DNA from: Phoronis australis | Taxonomy: Eukaryota; Animalia; Phoronida | NCBI GenBank assembly: GCA_002633005.1 | Contig: NMRA01000031.1 | Coordinates: forward strand, 1,504,858-1,568,857 | DNA length: 64,000 bases | Reading direction: 5' to 3' | Shown: piece by piece, positions 1 to 13,249 of the stretch | Layout: each line of letters starts with the position of its first letter | Position numbering within the stretch: the stretch's first letter is position 1 | Notes under the pieces: model-generated | Databases searched by the model: none | What the model was told of the DNA's origin: nothing | What the model saw: the letters and a program-made list of their open reading frames with translations, nothing else | Made by a program: the position numbers and the translations under genes

Positions 1-390
1 TCGTCACTGATTCTCAAAATTTTGCACGCTATGTCCAACCATTGCCGACAAAATGTGCACAATGTTTTCAAGCAGTTATGTGCTCAAAATTACAGGACTA
101 AACCTGGTAGTTGTGAAGTGGGGGTGAAAGAACAAGTTTCTGTCTTAGTCTTACATCACTTCCATGAAACGGAAGCACTAGCGATCTGTTTCTTCGCTTT
201 CTTTTGGTTCTTAATTAGACTCGCGTGCGATAGATACATAACTCACAACGATGCAGTGTAGGCTGGAGTGGAATACTGAAAATAGTGCTTAATGTTGTGC
301 AAGTCATACGATGAATGTTTTCAGTCATCCAGTTGGGTCAGTATAAGAAACAATAAATAAATCTACTACTGGACTTACGCTATGTAGAGA

Positions 391-431
391 TGGCTACGTT
401 GCGTCCTCCTCTCGAGGACTTCATCAGGCCA
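391..431 (-). ncRNA. Second copy of the minimal hammerhead-like motif (opposite strand)
   Basis: Exact reverse complement of 490-530. Confidence 0.65.
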
Positions 432-489
432 CTGAGTTGTCACGTGAAACTGCGCGAGGGATCACATGACAAGTCACGTGACAACTCAG

Positions 490-530
490 TGGCCTGATGA
501 AGTCCTCGAGAGGAGGACGCAACGTAGCCA
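490..530 (+). ncRNA. Minimal type I hammerhead ribozyme-like motif (GCAA variant)
   Basis: TGGC-CTGATGA-A-GTCCTC(gagag)GAGGAC-GCAAC-GTA-GCCA: stem I TGGC/GCCA, CUGAUGA box, stem II GTCCTC/GAGGAC, minimal stem III. The canonical GAAA box reads GCAA. Confidence 0.65.
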
Positions 531-658
531 TCTCTACATAGCGTAAGTCCAGTAGTATATTTATTTATTGTTGTGCAAGTCATTTCCAAAACTTCATTTC
601 CGTGTAATGTTGTTCTTAACTATATTAATAATGTGGTCGAAAACAAATTTTATTTCAG

Positions 659-3600
659 AAAAACCGGTGTGTGCCAAAAGGAAAAAAGCAGGGTGTACCA
701 CGACTTGGTGAGGGGAGGCGCAAGGGCTCGTTCATAAAGCATGTAAGTGAAGTCGATGGTTGTGAACAGGAGTGGGATATTAAAGGAAAGCGTCGGCATA
801 CGTTTGATGCTGTCGAAGCGACGTAAACGTGGAGCCGACGACGACCATTACGTTGTTTGACAAAAGAACTGAGTTCAGTTGAATCATCAGTAACACTGCT
901 CCTCGTGTTTGTTTTGCCTAAAATGTCAGCGGGCATGATCATAAATACAGCTTGTATATTTTCAGGTTTTGGTCAGACCGCATAATTTTCGGCACTCGAA
1001 CGCGAGCATTCTGCAAATTCCCAGTGAAACAGAGCGAACATTGACGTCGGTGGTGAGGCAATCACCTTATGGTAAAATGAAAACCGTGGTTTATGTCTAA
1101 TTCTGAGCTTGCGTTCTTCTAAGTTCACGTCAGACACAAACTTCAGATTCAGCAAAGCTGATGTGCGACATAGATCGCAGCTGTAACACAAAGTCGATAG
1201 TCACCATCATAGAGCTATTTTGCAATTTCACACCAAGTACTTTGTTCCACGCGGCGGTTGTTCGACTTTCAAGTGGAACTTACAGGCTAATTCCTTATCG
1301 CTGTGATTGCGTGGCCAAATTGGTTAGAAACACAGCACATAACGACGATGTGTATGAGTAGTTAGTTTTAAATTGCCAACTGTTTTTAATAACGAGTTTG
1401 TGGCGAACATGTTTTGTCGCAAGTCACTGAATGTTGTCCAGTAAGTATCGTGACGTGGTGCTGGGGAGTAACAGTGCATGACTTATGCGGGCTATGTGAG
1501 CCCGCGAGGTACGTCATTAGTGCAAAGGTCACCTACATGTATGACTTTAAACAAGTTACCAATCAATGCAACTGCACTTTTATTGTAGATTACGTTAAAA
1601 TAGCTATGTCGTTTACTGTAGTTCCTGCTATGCATTAGCACAGCGTTAGGAGCATGCAAATACGTCTTGAAAGTCCTTATCTCAAAAGCAATCTAGTTCA
1701 AAAACGTAAAAATACATACCAAAATAAGTAATATGTAACATGCCATAATGTTTACATACTATCTGTTATCAAACTAAAAGCCTTTTTGAGCACAATTTTG
1801 GAGCTCGGCCGAGATCAGAAAAGCGTCGACTATATCCGTCTATTTTCGTGACCTGAGTTCCTGTGCATGAGCTCAGGAACGATTCCTGAGTGATCGACGG
1901 TCATGTTGTCCTTGAAAATGTATTGACATCATCGCGAGCGTAAATGCGTTGTTACCTTGTTTGGTTGTTTTTGATTCTCATTTTGGTTCTTTTTATACAA
2001 ACTTAATGATTTATTGTCCAAATTTTACCTGTTTTTTGCAACGGTTTTAATGCATAATCATAAGTTTGTGAAGTACGTCCCATCTCCCGCTGACAACACT
2101 CGGCTATTGAGGTCAGCCCTGACTCATCGCAAGGGTACGTCAAATTTCAGCAACAGTACGCGAGGAAAAACGTTCTAGGTCAGCAAATGTCTTGTCTTTA
2201 TCGCTATATCGTGAAACTGATGCAAAGTACCAGGATGTAGTGAGCTGCTGCAATTCGCCGTGTGACGTGTGAGCGCAGGGGGTACTTGGCAGCAAATCGG
2301 CGCCGGCCTTACTGGCCGTTACAAATGTAAAATAGACAAAAAACGAAACTTCCACACACGGTGATGTTTCAATAAAGAAAAACAAGTTCTGTCTCAAAAC
2401 AGTGAGCTTCACACCTCAATTGCAATAACGCGCATTTTGCTGCATGGACACTGTAACCGGCGAAGTAATACCCCAGCAGTTGCCGTGACTGTACGCCGGA
2501 AAAATATTAATCACTTGGTAATTTGGCTTTCACTTGCAATTAATAGGAAAAATGTATTTTAAAATCTGACAAAAACTTACAATATATACCTCTGTTGTCT
2601 AAATATAAAATTCCGCGACGCAAACGGGGGAGGGGAGTGTAGTAAACTGTAGTCAATGAACTGAATGTTGGCGATGGGAAAATATTGCAGCAGAGATAGG
2701 AGAACGGAGCAGTATTTTTAATCTCTTTGTCACATGAATTTCACTCATTCAAAGCCTGGGTAGCTATTTAATTAGTTCATCTTGCCCCGTGGAACACAGC
2801 CTGATGTCCGCGCACGACCGGCCAGGCGGTCCGGCTTCGCCGCGTTACAGCTTACATGTATACGAATGCTCCTGTCAACAGAAACCCCTGATTTAGGCTT
2901 ATGCAGAACTCAGGAACGCCTATGGTCATGATTTTAACTCCCTTTAGAGATCAGTCTAGAACTAACCGCTTCAGAGAATGCTTTACCTTTCAGCATAATC
3001 CCGTGCATGCGTACACTATGCTCAATGGAATTTCAGGCTTTCAATCGTGCCTTCGCTCACAGCCCAGTTAGAATTCTACAGATCGTGTGGTCTGTTCTGC
3101 TCTACATTGGATCCTTAATTACCTACCTCTTGACATCATATACAGGATCAGGTGCGTAAACATCGTTGTTCCCAAATCTGTAATTAACTCATCTGCTCGT
3201 AGGCACATTAGAGGTCTAGACAACATTTACGCAGAACCTGACGTGCCATATATTGTCGCACACGACACATACATCCACCTGGGTGGCAACATGCGTCGGT
3301 GCGATAATATGTGTCAGTGCAGCAATACTGTATGTGCAGTGATTACTGACATTTATTGTCGCCCTCCTAATGGGTTAAAAGGTCTGCTTTTCAAGACTTT
3401 TGGTTCGCAGAGTCAAAGAGAAGCCCAATGAACTGAAGGAAAACCTGTCACGAGGTATCAGCAAGCTGAACGGGACAGGTATACGAAAGAAGGTAAACGA
3501 TGATGATAGCAACGCCTGATGTCAGCGTCTTTTGAAGTTGTGTGATTCGGCCAACTTTAACCTTTGGGATATTAAAACGTGTTTTACTCCCTCCAGCTTT

Positions 3601-6600
3601 ATAGATTGTCCTCCTACTTGGCCTTTCAACTAATACCCCCTTTCACCTCATCTACCAAGCGAGTGTCCCGTGGAAGTTTGCGTTTGTTCAATGTTTTCAC
3701 TTCATAGTATCGCGTAGGTCTACACGTGCAATGATGATTTTAGATGACGTCCATATGTGCCATCATCTGACAACAAATATTGTCACACTCGGCAATACAT
3801 GTATGTGCCAGGTGCGACAATGTACGTCTTCAACGCCGACAAGGTCATATTGTTGCTGTGACGACAACGTCTTTTCTTGCTGATTTGCGATGGAGATTTA
3901 TGTCTGAGCTTCAGAGCAACACACGTGGCTTTTAATGATTTCTAACAAGTGTGGCTTTCTCCAAACTTAATCCTTGTGGGTAGTGTTAACAACGCACGGT
4001 CATTGGACTTAGAGGTCCTGCAATAGCGGATTTGCAGCGCAAACGAACTACGCATTGCGCATGTGCGAGTTACTTCCTGCGCGAAGGCTCATGGGATAGC
4101 TTGTGGTCAGGCATGTCTTGAGCAGGCTGGATAGTGTGTGCATTTGGAGTGATTTGCAAACGAAAAACCATGTTTCATTTTCTTGCTTTGTGATACCAAG
4201 CAAGTCCTCTCTCTCTCGTTTGTAAACACAGCGTAGATGTAGCTATGATCAGTGGCCGTGTGACCGAGGGCACGACTGTCGTCATGTTCAGTATTGGGGC
4301 TATCGGCGTTGATTTCGAAATCTCCTCCGCGGTTTCAGACAAGTTGAGAGTTCTTGGGTTGCTAAACTTTTGTAGCTTTCGCCGTGGATATGCTAGAGAC
4401 GTTAATTTTAAGAGGAAACTCCGTCGGAATGTCGTTCTCACACGTCTTTTTTCCACCAGGAAAATGTTCGCTGCACACGATGGCCTCTAGGCAATTACAT
4501 CACACTGGATGCCGCAGGCATTCAGGGGCAATAGTACATCCTCACAAAAAGTTACTCATTTCAAAATACAGCAAATAAAATCAAATGAACCATACATATA
4601 TGAACATGGAGTTATAACTAACACATACCACGACTCTGGATACAATTTAGTCAGTAAAACTTGAATAAAGCGATGAAAATCTGTCGCGGTTTGCTCGACT
4701 TTCTCTCAGTTACCGGGTGTCATTCTGTCTTTTTTGAGGAAGTTACGTGAAATTACGCATGTTGAAAGTCCAAGGGACACACATCTTAAAGTTTCACCCG
4801 ATACCTTCTCATGCTATTTTACAAGTGTCGCGCGCTAGCGTCACGCGCTTCGCTCAGTCTCGCGCTAACCTTTGCCTAACTCACCCGAGACCTGATTCAG
4901 TTGACATGCTGTGTGGTTATCGCGCACGCGGTGATAAAATTAACGGCAACCCAAACATTGGAGTTGTAATTCTTCGTCAAAGTCAACTTAATTCTCACAA
5001 CTAAGCTTCATCAAAGATATGTATAGAAGCAAAAAGGACCAATGATGAAAGTAAGCGTTTTTTTAAATGATAGTTTTAAGTGTAGAATGTATTTTTGACG
5101 AGGTGAAAACTCGTAATCGGTAACCCAAATCCGGTCACGGCCCGTTTAAAATACACTGAAGTAACGAAATGAGTACAGAAAGCGAATGGAAGTATTGTAG
5201 CCCCTATATGGCCAACCGAGGGGCTACGTGTTGCCTACTGATGGCCGCGGCCGCGTTGGTTTGAATGCGCTAAACCCCCCTTACTCCCAGCTCTCCTAAT
5301 GTTGTTTATCCATTTTTCACGAAGTTCTTGGTTTGCAGGGAACACATAAAACTCAGATTTTTATCTCACTTGTTGATTTTGAAGCAGCCATGAACACAAC
5401 AAGTGTATCCGCAGTAAGTTTTCTTCGCGCTCATACTACGTATTATGCTTGTTACTATGGCCGCTTTCGGAATCCTGACCACAGCACCCACAATGCACCA
5501 TTTTAACCTAATTTCAATATGGCGCCGCTGCAAATCCGCTGTTGTTTCATTGTCGAATCAGGATGTCGTGAAGAGCAACCACAATTTATTTGATCTTGTC
5601 TGTGGGGTAGGGGGTGTTAAATGAATTCCTCCATTGAAGTGTTCACAAAACAAATTCAATTGTATTCATAGGTCAAAGGTCGTGGTAACTGTGCTGATTA
5701 CTTAAAGCGCATAAAACGCACACCGGAGTACTAAGCATTCTGTGCGTTTTGTTGGTTGACCTGTATCGATACGAGTTGGGCAGCTATTGAACATCTGGGT
5801 ATGGGCATGTTGGGGACGCTGAGAAGAATACTGTACTTGTTTTTATCTTGAATTACTAATTGAGTGTCCATGAAACAGTCCCAAATAGGGACTCAACTAA
5901 TGCCCCTAAATCTTTTTGTGTATTTGTGTCTTTATGGACTAACATATGCAATATTTTTCTATCATTTCATTATGAGTTCTTCTTTGATTAAATGACATTT
6001 TCTAATAATATAACTGAAAATTGAGTACATTGAAAATATGTAGGGACTCAGTCCTTAAATTGGGGGTGTTGCATGAAAAGATCCCTAATTACTTTCGAAA
6101 ATATTGACAATTCAACGTAGAGCTCACTCTTTGCATCAAAATCAAAAAATGACTTAGTAATGAAACTAAAACACTACAAGAAAGAGCAATCGATGTTTTC
6201 ACAAGTACAAAAATACGCAGTAGATTTAGGGAGCTTACTTGAGTCCCTATTTGGGACTGTTTCGTGTAACCGGGCACTGGATACCAACTAAATGGAAGTC
6301 AGAGTTGAATAAACTGTTCCGATCATGAACTAACTCCATCTTGTGTTTCCTTCACTGTAGATGCATCGAAGACGAACCGAACGTTTGACGACGTTTATTC
6401 AGCTTATAACACGGAACTTCCTTGGGGTATGCCGTTGTCGGTCCCGTCAATGGTGCTCACAGGCACTTGGCTGGGCTGTTTCTGTTTTTATGCGATCTCC
6501 ACCATCTTCCGCCGTAACACCAAAGGCCATCTGCTTTATCTCAGCCCTCGCTATCTTGACACAGACTTCTTCTCTACTTTCACTATGTCTCTGATCTTCG

Positions 6601-7283
6601 GCGTCATTTGGTCGAGGGCTTTCGTTGTCAAAGAAGTGTTGTGGTCCTTGAATCTCAGCTTTTTATGGCTGATTTGTGCTATCACCAGCTTGGCAATTGC
6701 TGTTCATGGTTACCATAAAAAGTCTACCATATTCCCACACTTGAACACCGAGGTAGAAAAGTGCTTATTCCAGTGTGTTGCCCTGAACGGACTTGCAGCA
6801 TATGCAAGTCGCGTTAACATTATATTCGTGCAAAACTTAGCTTTCGTCATTAAGCACCAATCAGCCGAGCCGAGCAATCCATTGTCATCGTCAATCTTTT
6901 TCTGTGTACTAATAGTGGAGACTGTTGTCGCAGGAGTAGTAGATTTTTACCTGGCAGAGTGTTACATGCGTTACGTATTCCTACACCATGTACTATTTGT
7001 CATGTATGCTCTGGGTTTGGTCACTCAGCTTCACTCTCTTGATAAACCACACAACGTAACGTACGTGTTGGCGCATGTGTTCTTGGTTGCCACGGTCCCA
7101 ATTCTCGCAATTAAGGGCACCATCACCCTCTGGCGTTTCCATAAGGGAACCCACAAACGCCATCATGCAAGTCGATGGTGCAGTCGTCTTCATCTAGGAT
7201 CGAAGAGAGTGGAAGACTCGGGTGGGAGGACGAAGGAAAGCTCACCTTCGAAACGAACACCAAAGAGAAGAGGAACGATGTGA
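659..7283 (+). CDS. Multi-pass membrane protein paralog 1 (PTHR33802-like), 5'-partial: join(<659..742,966..1052,3037..3151,6361..7283)
   Basis: All introns GT-AG, phases 0,0,1, total 1209 nt, open frame. Exon 3037-3151 encodes AHSPVRILQIVWSVLLYIGSLITYLL (first TM). The terminal exon has IFRRNTKGHLLYLSP and VALNGLAAYAS, matching my recollection of the family pattern (HxPxRI ... RR...YxxP ... LVxNGxAxYATW). The terminal and TM1 exons are strong; the two upstream exons are less certain. Confidence 0.75.
4025..5540 (-). mobile_element. Non-autonomous THAP-bearing DNA transposon, ISL2EU (PIF/Harbinger-related)-like, copy A
   Basis: TIR AGCGGATTTGCAGCG / CGCTGCAAATCCGCT with AT/GT flanks. Decayed THAP domain on the - strand at ~5230-5435. 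Near-identical inverted copy at 30122-31565. Confidence 0.7.
5863..6277. mobile_element. MITE (Harbinger/Tourist-like) in gene 1 intron
   Basis: ~45-bp TIRs: GAAACAGTCCCAAATAGGGACTCAA...CCCTAAATC and GATTTAGGG...TTGAGTCCCTATTTGGGACTGTTTC. AT-rich non-coding interior. Confidence 0.7.
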
Positions 7284-7540
7284 ATTTGGACTTGTCGTAT
7301 TGTTTGTTTATGGATATCAGTCTTGTATTGTGTTTCACATGTTTTCTCGGATACACATTATAAATACGGTTGTCATAATTGTGTTCTGTTTTTTAAGTGT
7401 GTGAGTCACACATTCGATCACCGTAAACACGAGATCCCTCTCGTCATGTCTGATGAACGAACATACCTAGATAAGTTTTGTTGTATGTGAACAGATGACT
7501 AGTAATATAAGAACACAAATGCAGGACTTCATTCTTATTC

Positions 7541-7693
7541 ATAGGCGGATCCAGCGGGGTCAAGGGAGTTTGGACCTCTTTTTTCCCTTGATTTTAGTGA
7601 TATCAAATCGAGAATTTCAAAATTGTTGACTTGGACCCCTTTTTAAAAAATCCTTGATCTGAACCCACCTTAAAATTTCCGGATCTGCCCCCG
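7541..7693. mobile_element. Short MITE family with GGCGGATCC...GGATCCGCC-type termini; relatives at ~23606-23731, 27836-28183, 42502-42785, 46311-46460
   Basis: Degenerate inverted termini and G/C-run interiors recur five times. 7541-7693 and 23606-23731 share TTTTCCCTTGATTT..GTGATATCAAAT. Confidence 0.6.
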
Positions 7694-8065
7694 TATTTAT
7701 ATAATCCCATGCAATGAAAGTTCTGTTTTACCGGTAAGCTCATTCAAAACAGAGACCAACGTGACGTGAGCAATAACGGATCATATACAATATTGTATTT
7801 CAGTACGTTGGGCCACAAAACAATGCAATACACAATACAAAACGATAAGGTACATGTAGTCTGAAAACAAATCTTTGTAGGACCTGAACACCACTCCTGT
7901 CTGCTTTTAACGCCACAACCCAATACTTAAAACACCATAATACCTATCAGGAAGGTATTGACGTCTCCCGTACTTCTGCAGATCAACATTCCCTTTTTTA
8001 TGCTAAGGTCGTGATACAAATCTCGACTCCAGCTCAACACCTTAATTCCATGTAACCCTATAATT

Positions 8066-9301
8066 ATATACTAAAATCTTTAAGCCAGCATTTGTTGATA
8101 TGAAGGACTAAAAAGAAACTCCAAATTTTTCATGTGTTGTGGTTAAATTGAAACAACACATGTGAAAACGGAGTTTTTGAACCTGATGGAAAAGCATAAG
8201 ACAATAATTTGGGAGTAGCACACGTTATCCACACGCCTCTACTGAAAAAATAGCGTGTCTGCAATTCGAAGAGAGACGCACAGTTGTTCTAGGGTCCAAA
8301 CTCAACATAAGTGCGAAGTGAGTTTTGGACGTGCTGGAAAAGCATAAAACGTTAATCTGAGAACGGGACACGCTCGCTTCAGTCCTCTACCGAAAAAATG
8401 GCGTGTTAGCATTTTGGAAAAGGGGACACAATTGTCGGCTAAACTCCCGGAGTTTGATTATTTCTACACTCAGATACATCGCTGCAGTACTTCTTTTTTA
8501 ATTTGGAATTTACCTCTAACATGGCGCTTCACGGGACATAAAGGCGTGCGCCACCTTATTCTCACGGTTTTAATCAATCAGTGTTAACGTCACTTGAGAC
8601 GCGCTCTGTCTACCACACCGGGCCAGGAGGTGTCGCCTTAACTTGTGAGGAACGCGAGAACACAAAGCGATGTGTGCGTGTGNATATACTAAAATCTTTA
8701 AGCCAGCATTTGTTGATATGAAGGACTAAAAAGAAACTCCAAAGTTTTCATGTGTTATGGTTAAATTGAAACAACACATGTGAAAACGGAGTTTTTGAAC
8801 CTGATGGAAAAGCATAAGACAATAATTTGGGAGTAGCACACGTTATCCACACGCCTCTACTGAAAAAAATAGCGTGTCTGCAATTCGAAGAGAGACGCAC
8901 AGTTGTTCTAGGGGCCAAACTCAACATAAGTGCGAAGTGAGTTTTGGACGTGCTGGAAAAGCATAAAACGTTAATCTGAGAACGGGACAGGCTCGCTTCA
9001 GTCCTCTACTGAAAAAATGGCGTGTTAGCATTTTGGAAAAGGGGACACAATTGTCGGCTAAACTCCCGGAGTTTGATTATTTCTACACTCAGATACATCG
9101 CTGCAGTACTTCTTTTTTAATTTGGAATTTACCTCTAACATGGCGCTTCACGGGACATAAAGGCGTGCGCCACCTTATTCTCACGGTTTTAATCAATCAG
9201 TGTTAACGTCACTTGAGACGCGCTCTGTCTACCACACCGGGCCAGGAGGTGTCGCCTTAACTTGTGAGGAACGCGAGAACACAAAGCGATGTGTGCGTGT
9301 G
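8066..9301. repeat. ~617-bp near-identical tandem duplication across an N (probable assembly artefact)
   Basis: 8066-8682 is repeated at 8684-~9301 with only a few differences. The first copy stops inside a (GT)n microsatellite immediately before the single N at 8683. Confidence 0.85.
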
Positions 9302-9395
9302 TGTGTGTGTGTGAGCGCGTGCGTGAGTGTAAATACGTGTCAAATACGTCTGAATTCTTTGTAGTTTCCTCTGTAGTGAATTTTTGTGGAGTTAA

Positions 9396-10939
9396 AGGAG
9401 AATTCAACCCGAATAAATTGGTCTTTTTTACTGTCTTAATCGGTCTATGTTCACATCGCCTCGCATACCGTCGACCTTACCTCGTCGAGAGGTGTCGCGT
9501 TAACCTGTGAGGAAGGTGAAGAACGACGCAGCGACGTCAGTGGTTCATTTGCAGAGTGAATGTCGCTATGTCACGGTGCATCGTTCCCGCTTGTCCGAAC
9601 TATGCAGCTGCGAGGAAAGCGGGTATATCGTTTTTTCGACTGACTCAAGAGTCAGAAATGCTTAGGACGTGGCTCGCAGAAGTGAAGAATAAAAAGTACG
9701 CTGTTAATAGCAAGTATGAGGCTTACCAAATAACTATCCATACGTTGCCTGTGCATGTTCACGGCTCCTCTCTAGTATTTCTCTATCAGTGTATTCCTGT
9801 TCGAACTGATAGCTTGTGAAACTTAACGATCCGACCCGTGAAGTCTTCGTCGGATGAGCTCTCGTCTAAATCGGAATTGCGAGTTGCCATGTTGACGTTT
9901 ATTATTCTGCGTTATGTTTCAAAATGACTTATTCTCACCCTAACAAATGCTTACATAAAACTGAAGCAAAGTCTTTCTCATCAGATACAATTTGTAATGC
10001 CTTTGGAGAGTTCGTGAGAGCAAATGTTTTGAGAAACCAGCAATGAATAAACCACTGCGTTACCGGCTTCAATTGACCGGGCACCGAGGTCGTGTGAGCG
10101 CATGCTAATTCAGTGTTTTCTGACAGAGAGCTGTTGTGAAAAAATAACTCGATTTTATATGCTATGGTCACATGTTAGGGGAACCTTTATTTAGAAATAC
10201 AAATACATTATTCAAATCATTGTTAGTGTACAACTTTTGCCCTGACGGATCTGTAAAAGGGCAACTTGACTTCGCGGCTCCCGACAAGTAAGTAGATTTA
10301 CAGTTTCGTGGCTAAATCCCCAAAATAAATACGTGCCCATTTTTTATTTGGCTCACTATTATAGTCTTTTCGTGACTGGAGGTTTAGTTTCCAACTTAAG
10401 CTGGTTTATGTTGCTTCGTGATGTCCAGTCCCGGCGGCCACGACGGGCCTGATCACTTTCTGAGACACTGGCTGGGATAACGAGCGTTTAGTGTGTTTAG
10501 AATTGAAAATATCGCAAGTCTGAAAGTACAACACACAGCTATCTTTCATGTCTGTATTTCACGGAAGAATGATTAGAATTTATCACCAGACAGACCCAAA
10601 CTACAATTCGTGTCCTTGACCAAATTCTGTAGGCTACCGTACGTTCAAATACCTATAAACTGTAGGCCTAACAGTGAAATAAAACAACACGTTTGTTCAA
10701 GAACTATTTTTAAGGGGTTTACATCAAAATTTGATGATTTATTGGTGTAAAATGATGCATTTGAGCAATAAGTTGACACCGGTAAGCGTGTTGTGAACGG
10801 CTGAACAGACTGCGTTTGAACCGATTACGTCATTGGTTAATTTCAGCACCTCCGTCTCAGGGCCGTCATGTGTCAGGTAAAACAACTGAACTTGCTGTTA
10901 TCGAATGGAACTACTTGATCTAAATTGATACATTCTCCT
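9396..10939 (+). mobile_element. Kolobok-like non-autonomous DNA transposon, copy A
   Basis: TTAA|AGGAGAAT ... ATTCTCCT|TTAA (TTAA TSD, short TIR). THAP N-terminus MSRCIVPACPN...SFFRL...LRTWL at 9568-9722. Convergent - strand remnant MATRNSDLDESSSDED..YQFEQEYTDREI at ~9740-9890. Confidence 0.7.
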
Positions 10940-10979
10940 TTAATAACATCAAATAATACTATATTATAATTTTTTTCAG

Positions 10980-11850
10980 ATGATTTGAGGCCGACCAGGT
11001 GTGTTAGTGCCAATGGTCAAGCATATGTCACTTCAGCAGTGGGTGAAGCAAAACCATTGAAACAAGGATTTGTTTATATCCCACGAACTTCAAAGAAATC
11101 CCAATACAAGGCCCATCAAGTGTTTCTGTAAAGAGTTTTCTGAAACAGATTTTGTAGAACGAAAATCAGGAGCTCGCTTCGGATTGCCACGACTTGTGCC
11201 GGAGATAAGCTAAGTCGGTAGCCAAGCTACCCGCAGCGACTTACAACGTAAGAAAGGCCCACCCACTAAAATCATCAACACATAACGTGATGTTTTTGCT
11301 GGTGCACTATTTGCTTACTGTTACGGAATAGTGTTCAACTTCAAGATCTACCGGAGCAACCAACGCCGAGACCGTACTTATTTTCCATGAAGATTACTCA
11401 CTTGATGGGTCGAAGCCGGGCCTGAACGGCAAAAGTTAACGTCCTTAAACCTGAACAACGCGTCACGTCTTAATTGCAATACACGGCAACGACCTTTTTA
11501 TTGCACAGAAAGTTCCAATCGTAGCACACACTATCTTCGACCAGAGTGGGAACTATTCCGGCTTCGAAACTTCATCTGACCCAACTTCCAACTTTACTGT
11601 ACCTTCAAATAACCGGAAATTCGCCAATTACGAAATAAAACAACTACTTTGTTCGATAATTGAATGTATTCCTAAGGAAATTGCATCGTTGCTTGATATT
11701 TCATTGGTGCAAAAGAATACGACCGACTGTTCTTTGATTTTTACTAAAAGAGAGCTACGCGACACAGTCGTGACCCAGCTAATTTTATCACCTTCGCAAG
11801 CCCTCTAGTGTCAGGTAAAGAAAGACAATTCGAATGGAACTAGTCAAGTC
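10980..11850 (+). mobile_element. Decayed fragment of another THAP/Kolobok-related element
   Basis: THAP C-half-like FCKEFSETDFVERKSGARFGLPRL at ~11125-11200. 11808-11845 resembles the subterminal sequence of the Kolobok-like copy at 10870-10915 (TGTCAGGTAAA...TCGAATGGAACTA). Confidence 0.4.
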
Positions 11851-13066
11851 GATCCGCATTGCATCGTGTTTTTGTAGCATGCTCCTTCAAATACGTCGTT
11901 ATTTATAGGTTACCCGGAAATATTGAAATAATTCAATATTTGCGTCATTACAAAAACAGCGAGTAATAATGGTGGTTTGCTGAAAAGACGACAATCTGTC
12001 CAAACTATATTATAATAATTGTGATCAACTTATTCTGTGTGCAACAAAATAGCATCCAATCTTTGAATGATGTTCGCCGTTGTAACTTTATCAAATAAAC
12101 CTAACTGAGGCCACACGATGTTCCTCGCAATCTGTTTCATGTCATCAATCATACGCCTATGGCCATTGACTTGGGCTCCATCTGAAATTTGCCACAGTAT
12201 TTCACCCAGTCTCCTAACGTCATTTTCTGGATCTGGCGCCTCCGAACAACCTTCCAAACGACTGCTCTCGACAAACCTAAAACGCCAATCAGAGTCCAGT
12301 GAAAGAGCTGGTGACGACTATCGTCAACAGAACGCTTTTACAGTTTTGGATGATTAAAATCTGCCCAGTTTTGCCCGTGTTGTAAAAGCATTTCCATGTT
12401 GGCTTGACTTGTTTGCTTGTAAACCCTAAGGCTGCATGTACAAATTTCTAATCTAACCCGTAACCGTGCACGCCTAGTAGCTATAACCATAAAAAGACTT
12501 TTGAATTTACACGTGGGTAATCGAAAACTTTGCACGTTTCCAAAATAAGACGGCCGAATATTGCCCCACGCGACTGGACAATTTTTGAGTAAAATTTATT
12601 TGCCACTGCAAACGGAAGTTTCGTCTAAGGCAGGACCTCATTACCTTATTTTTGCGGCGAATGTCGGCCCATTCGGCTCTGGAAAAAAATCACGCGAAAT
12701 TCCCTTCCCCTTGTCCATAGATTAGAATCACTTGCAAAGCGTCACATTACCCTGACTAGCTGACTGTTACTCATATAAAGACCGTGTCAGACTGTCCTTT
12801 ACCCTAAGTGGAGTACCTTTCTCTTACTAAAAAGGCATAAAATCCTCAGCAGCTTAAGAAACGTGTCGGAAAATCACCGATTTCATTCAGGTTGATAACC
12901 CTCGAATTCGAAAATGGTTCATAGGGAATACAATTGAAAGGTCTGTCGCTAGACGCAAGATGAGCATTTTCCGTGGGTACATCGCATATAAACTGTTGGC
13001 TTTGGTTCCTTATTTAAGATGTCGCATCATGTTTAAGGTGACACTTGATCAGGACAAAATGCAGCT

Positions 13067-13249
13067 TTAACTCAAACAGACCATCTGTTGTTTTACTAAA
13101 CAATCCATTTGTGCAGCAGGTGCCTTGTCTGTATTTATAGTCTCGACGAGGAGAACACGCAGATTGGTTGACCAGAAATGCAGTAGAGAGTAAATATTAT
13201 TGAACAAGGCATTCATGGGGTGGAAGTTCCAAAGTTCACTACCTGACAC
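13067..13249 (-). pseudogene. Candidate degenerate kinase C-lobe (subdomains VIII-XI)
   Basis: GSELWNFHPMNALFNNIYSL resembles APELxxxxxxxxxSDIYSLG, and LRVLLVETINTDKAPAAQMDCLV resembles subdomain XI. It is downstream of, and on the same strand as, the kinase exon. Invariant Asp/Arg are absent and the splice phase does not join cleanly. Confidence 0.35.

Larger units (their letters stand above)
293..583. mobile_element. Penelope-like element (pseudo-LTR) remnant in inverted/palindromic configuration
   Basis: Near-perfect inverted repeat, arms 349-447 and 474-572 (1 mismatch) with a 26-nt spacer. Flanked by the direct repeat TGTTGTGCAAGTCAT at 293-307 and 569-583 (TSD-like). Each arm holds a minimal hammerhead motif. 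Inverted pLTRs with minimal hammerheads are known hallmarks of Penelope-like elements. Confidence 0.7.

Noticed and set aside
22-261. Hydrophobic ORF as TM1 exon of gene 1
   Set aside because: No phase-1 donor, and exon 3037-3151 fits both the family motif and the phase.
4175-4490. ORFs duplicated at 31236-31542
   Set aside because: Inside the two copies of the same non-autonomous element; frames are not conserved between copies.
8066-9301. Apparent recent tandem duplication
   Set aside because: The copies are separated by an N and the first ends in a (GT)n run, typical of unmerged contig overlap or haplotypes rather than biology.
12030-12400. Protein-like - strand ORF fragment
   Set aside because: Interrupted by stops, no family recognised; probably TE debris.
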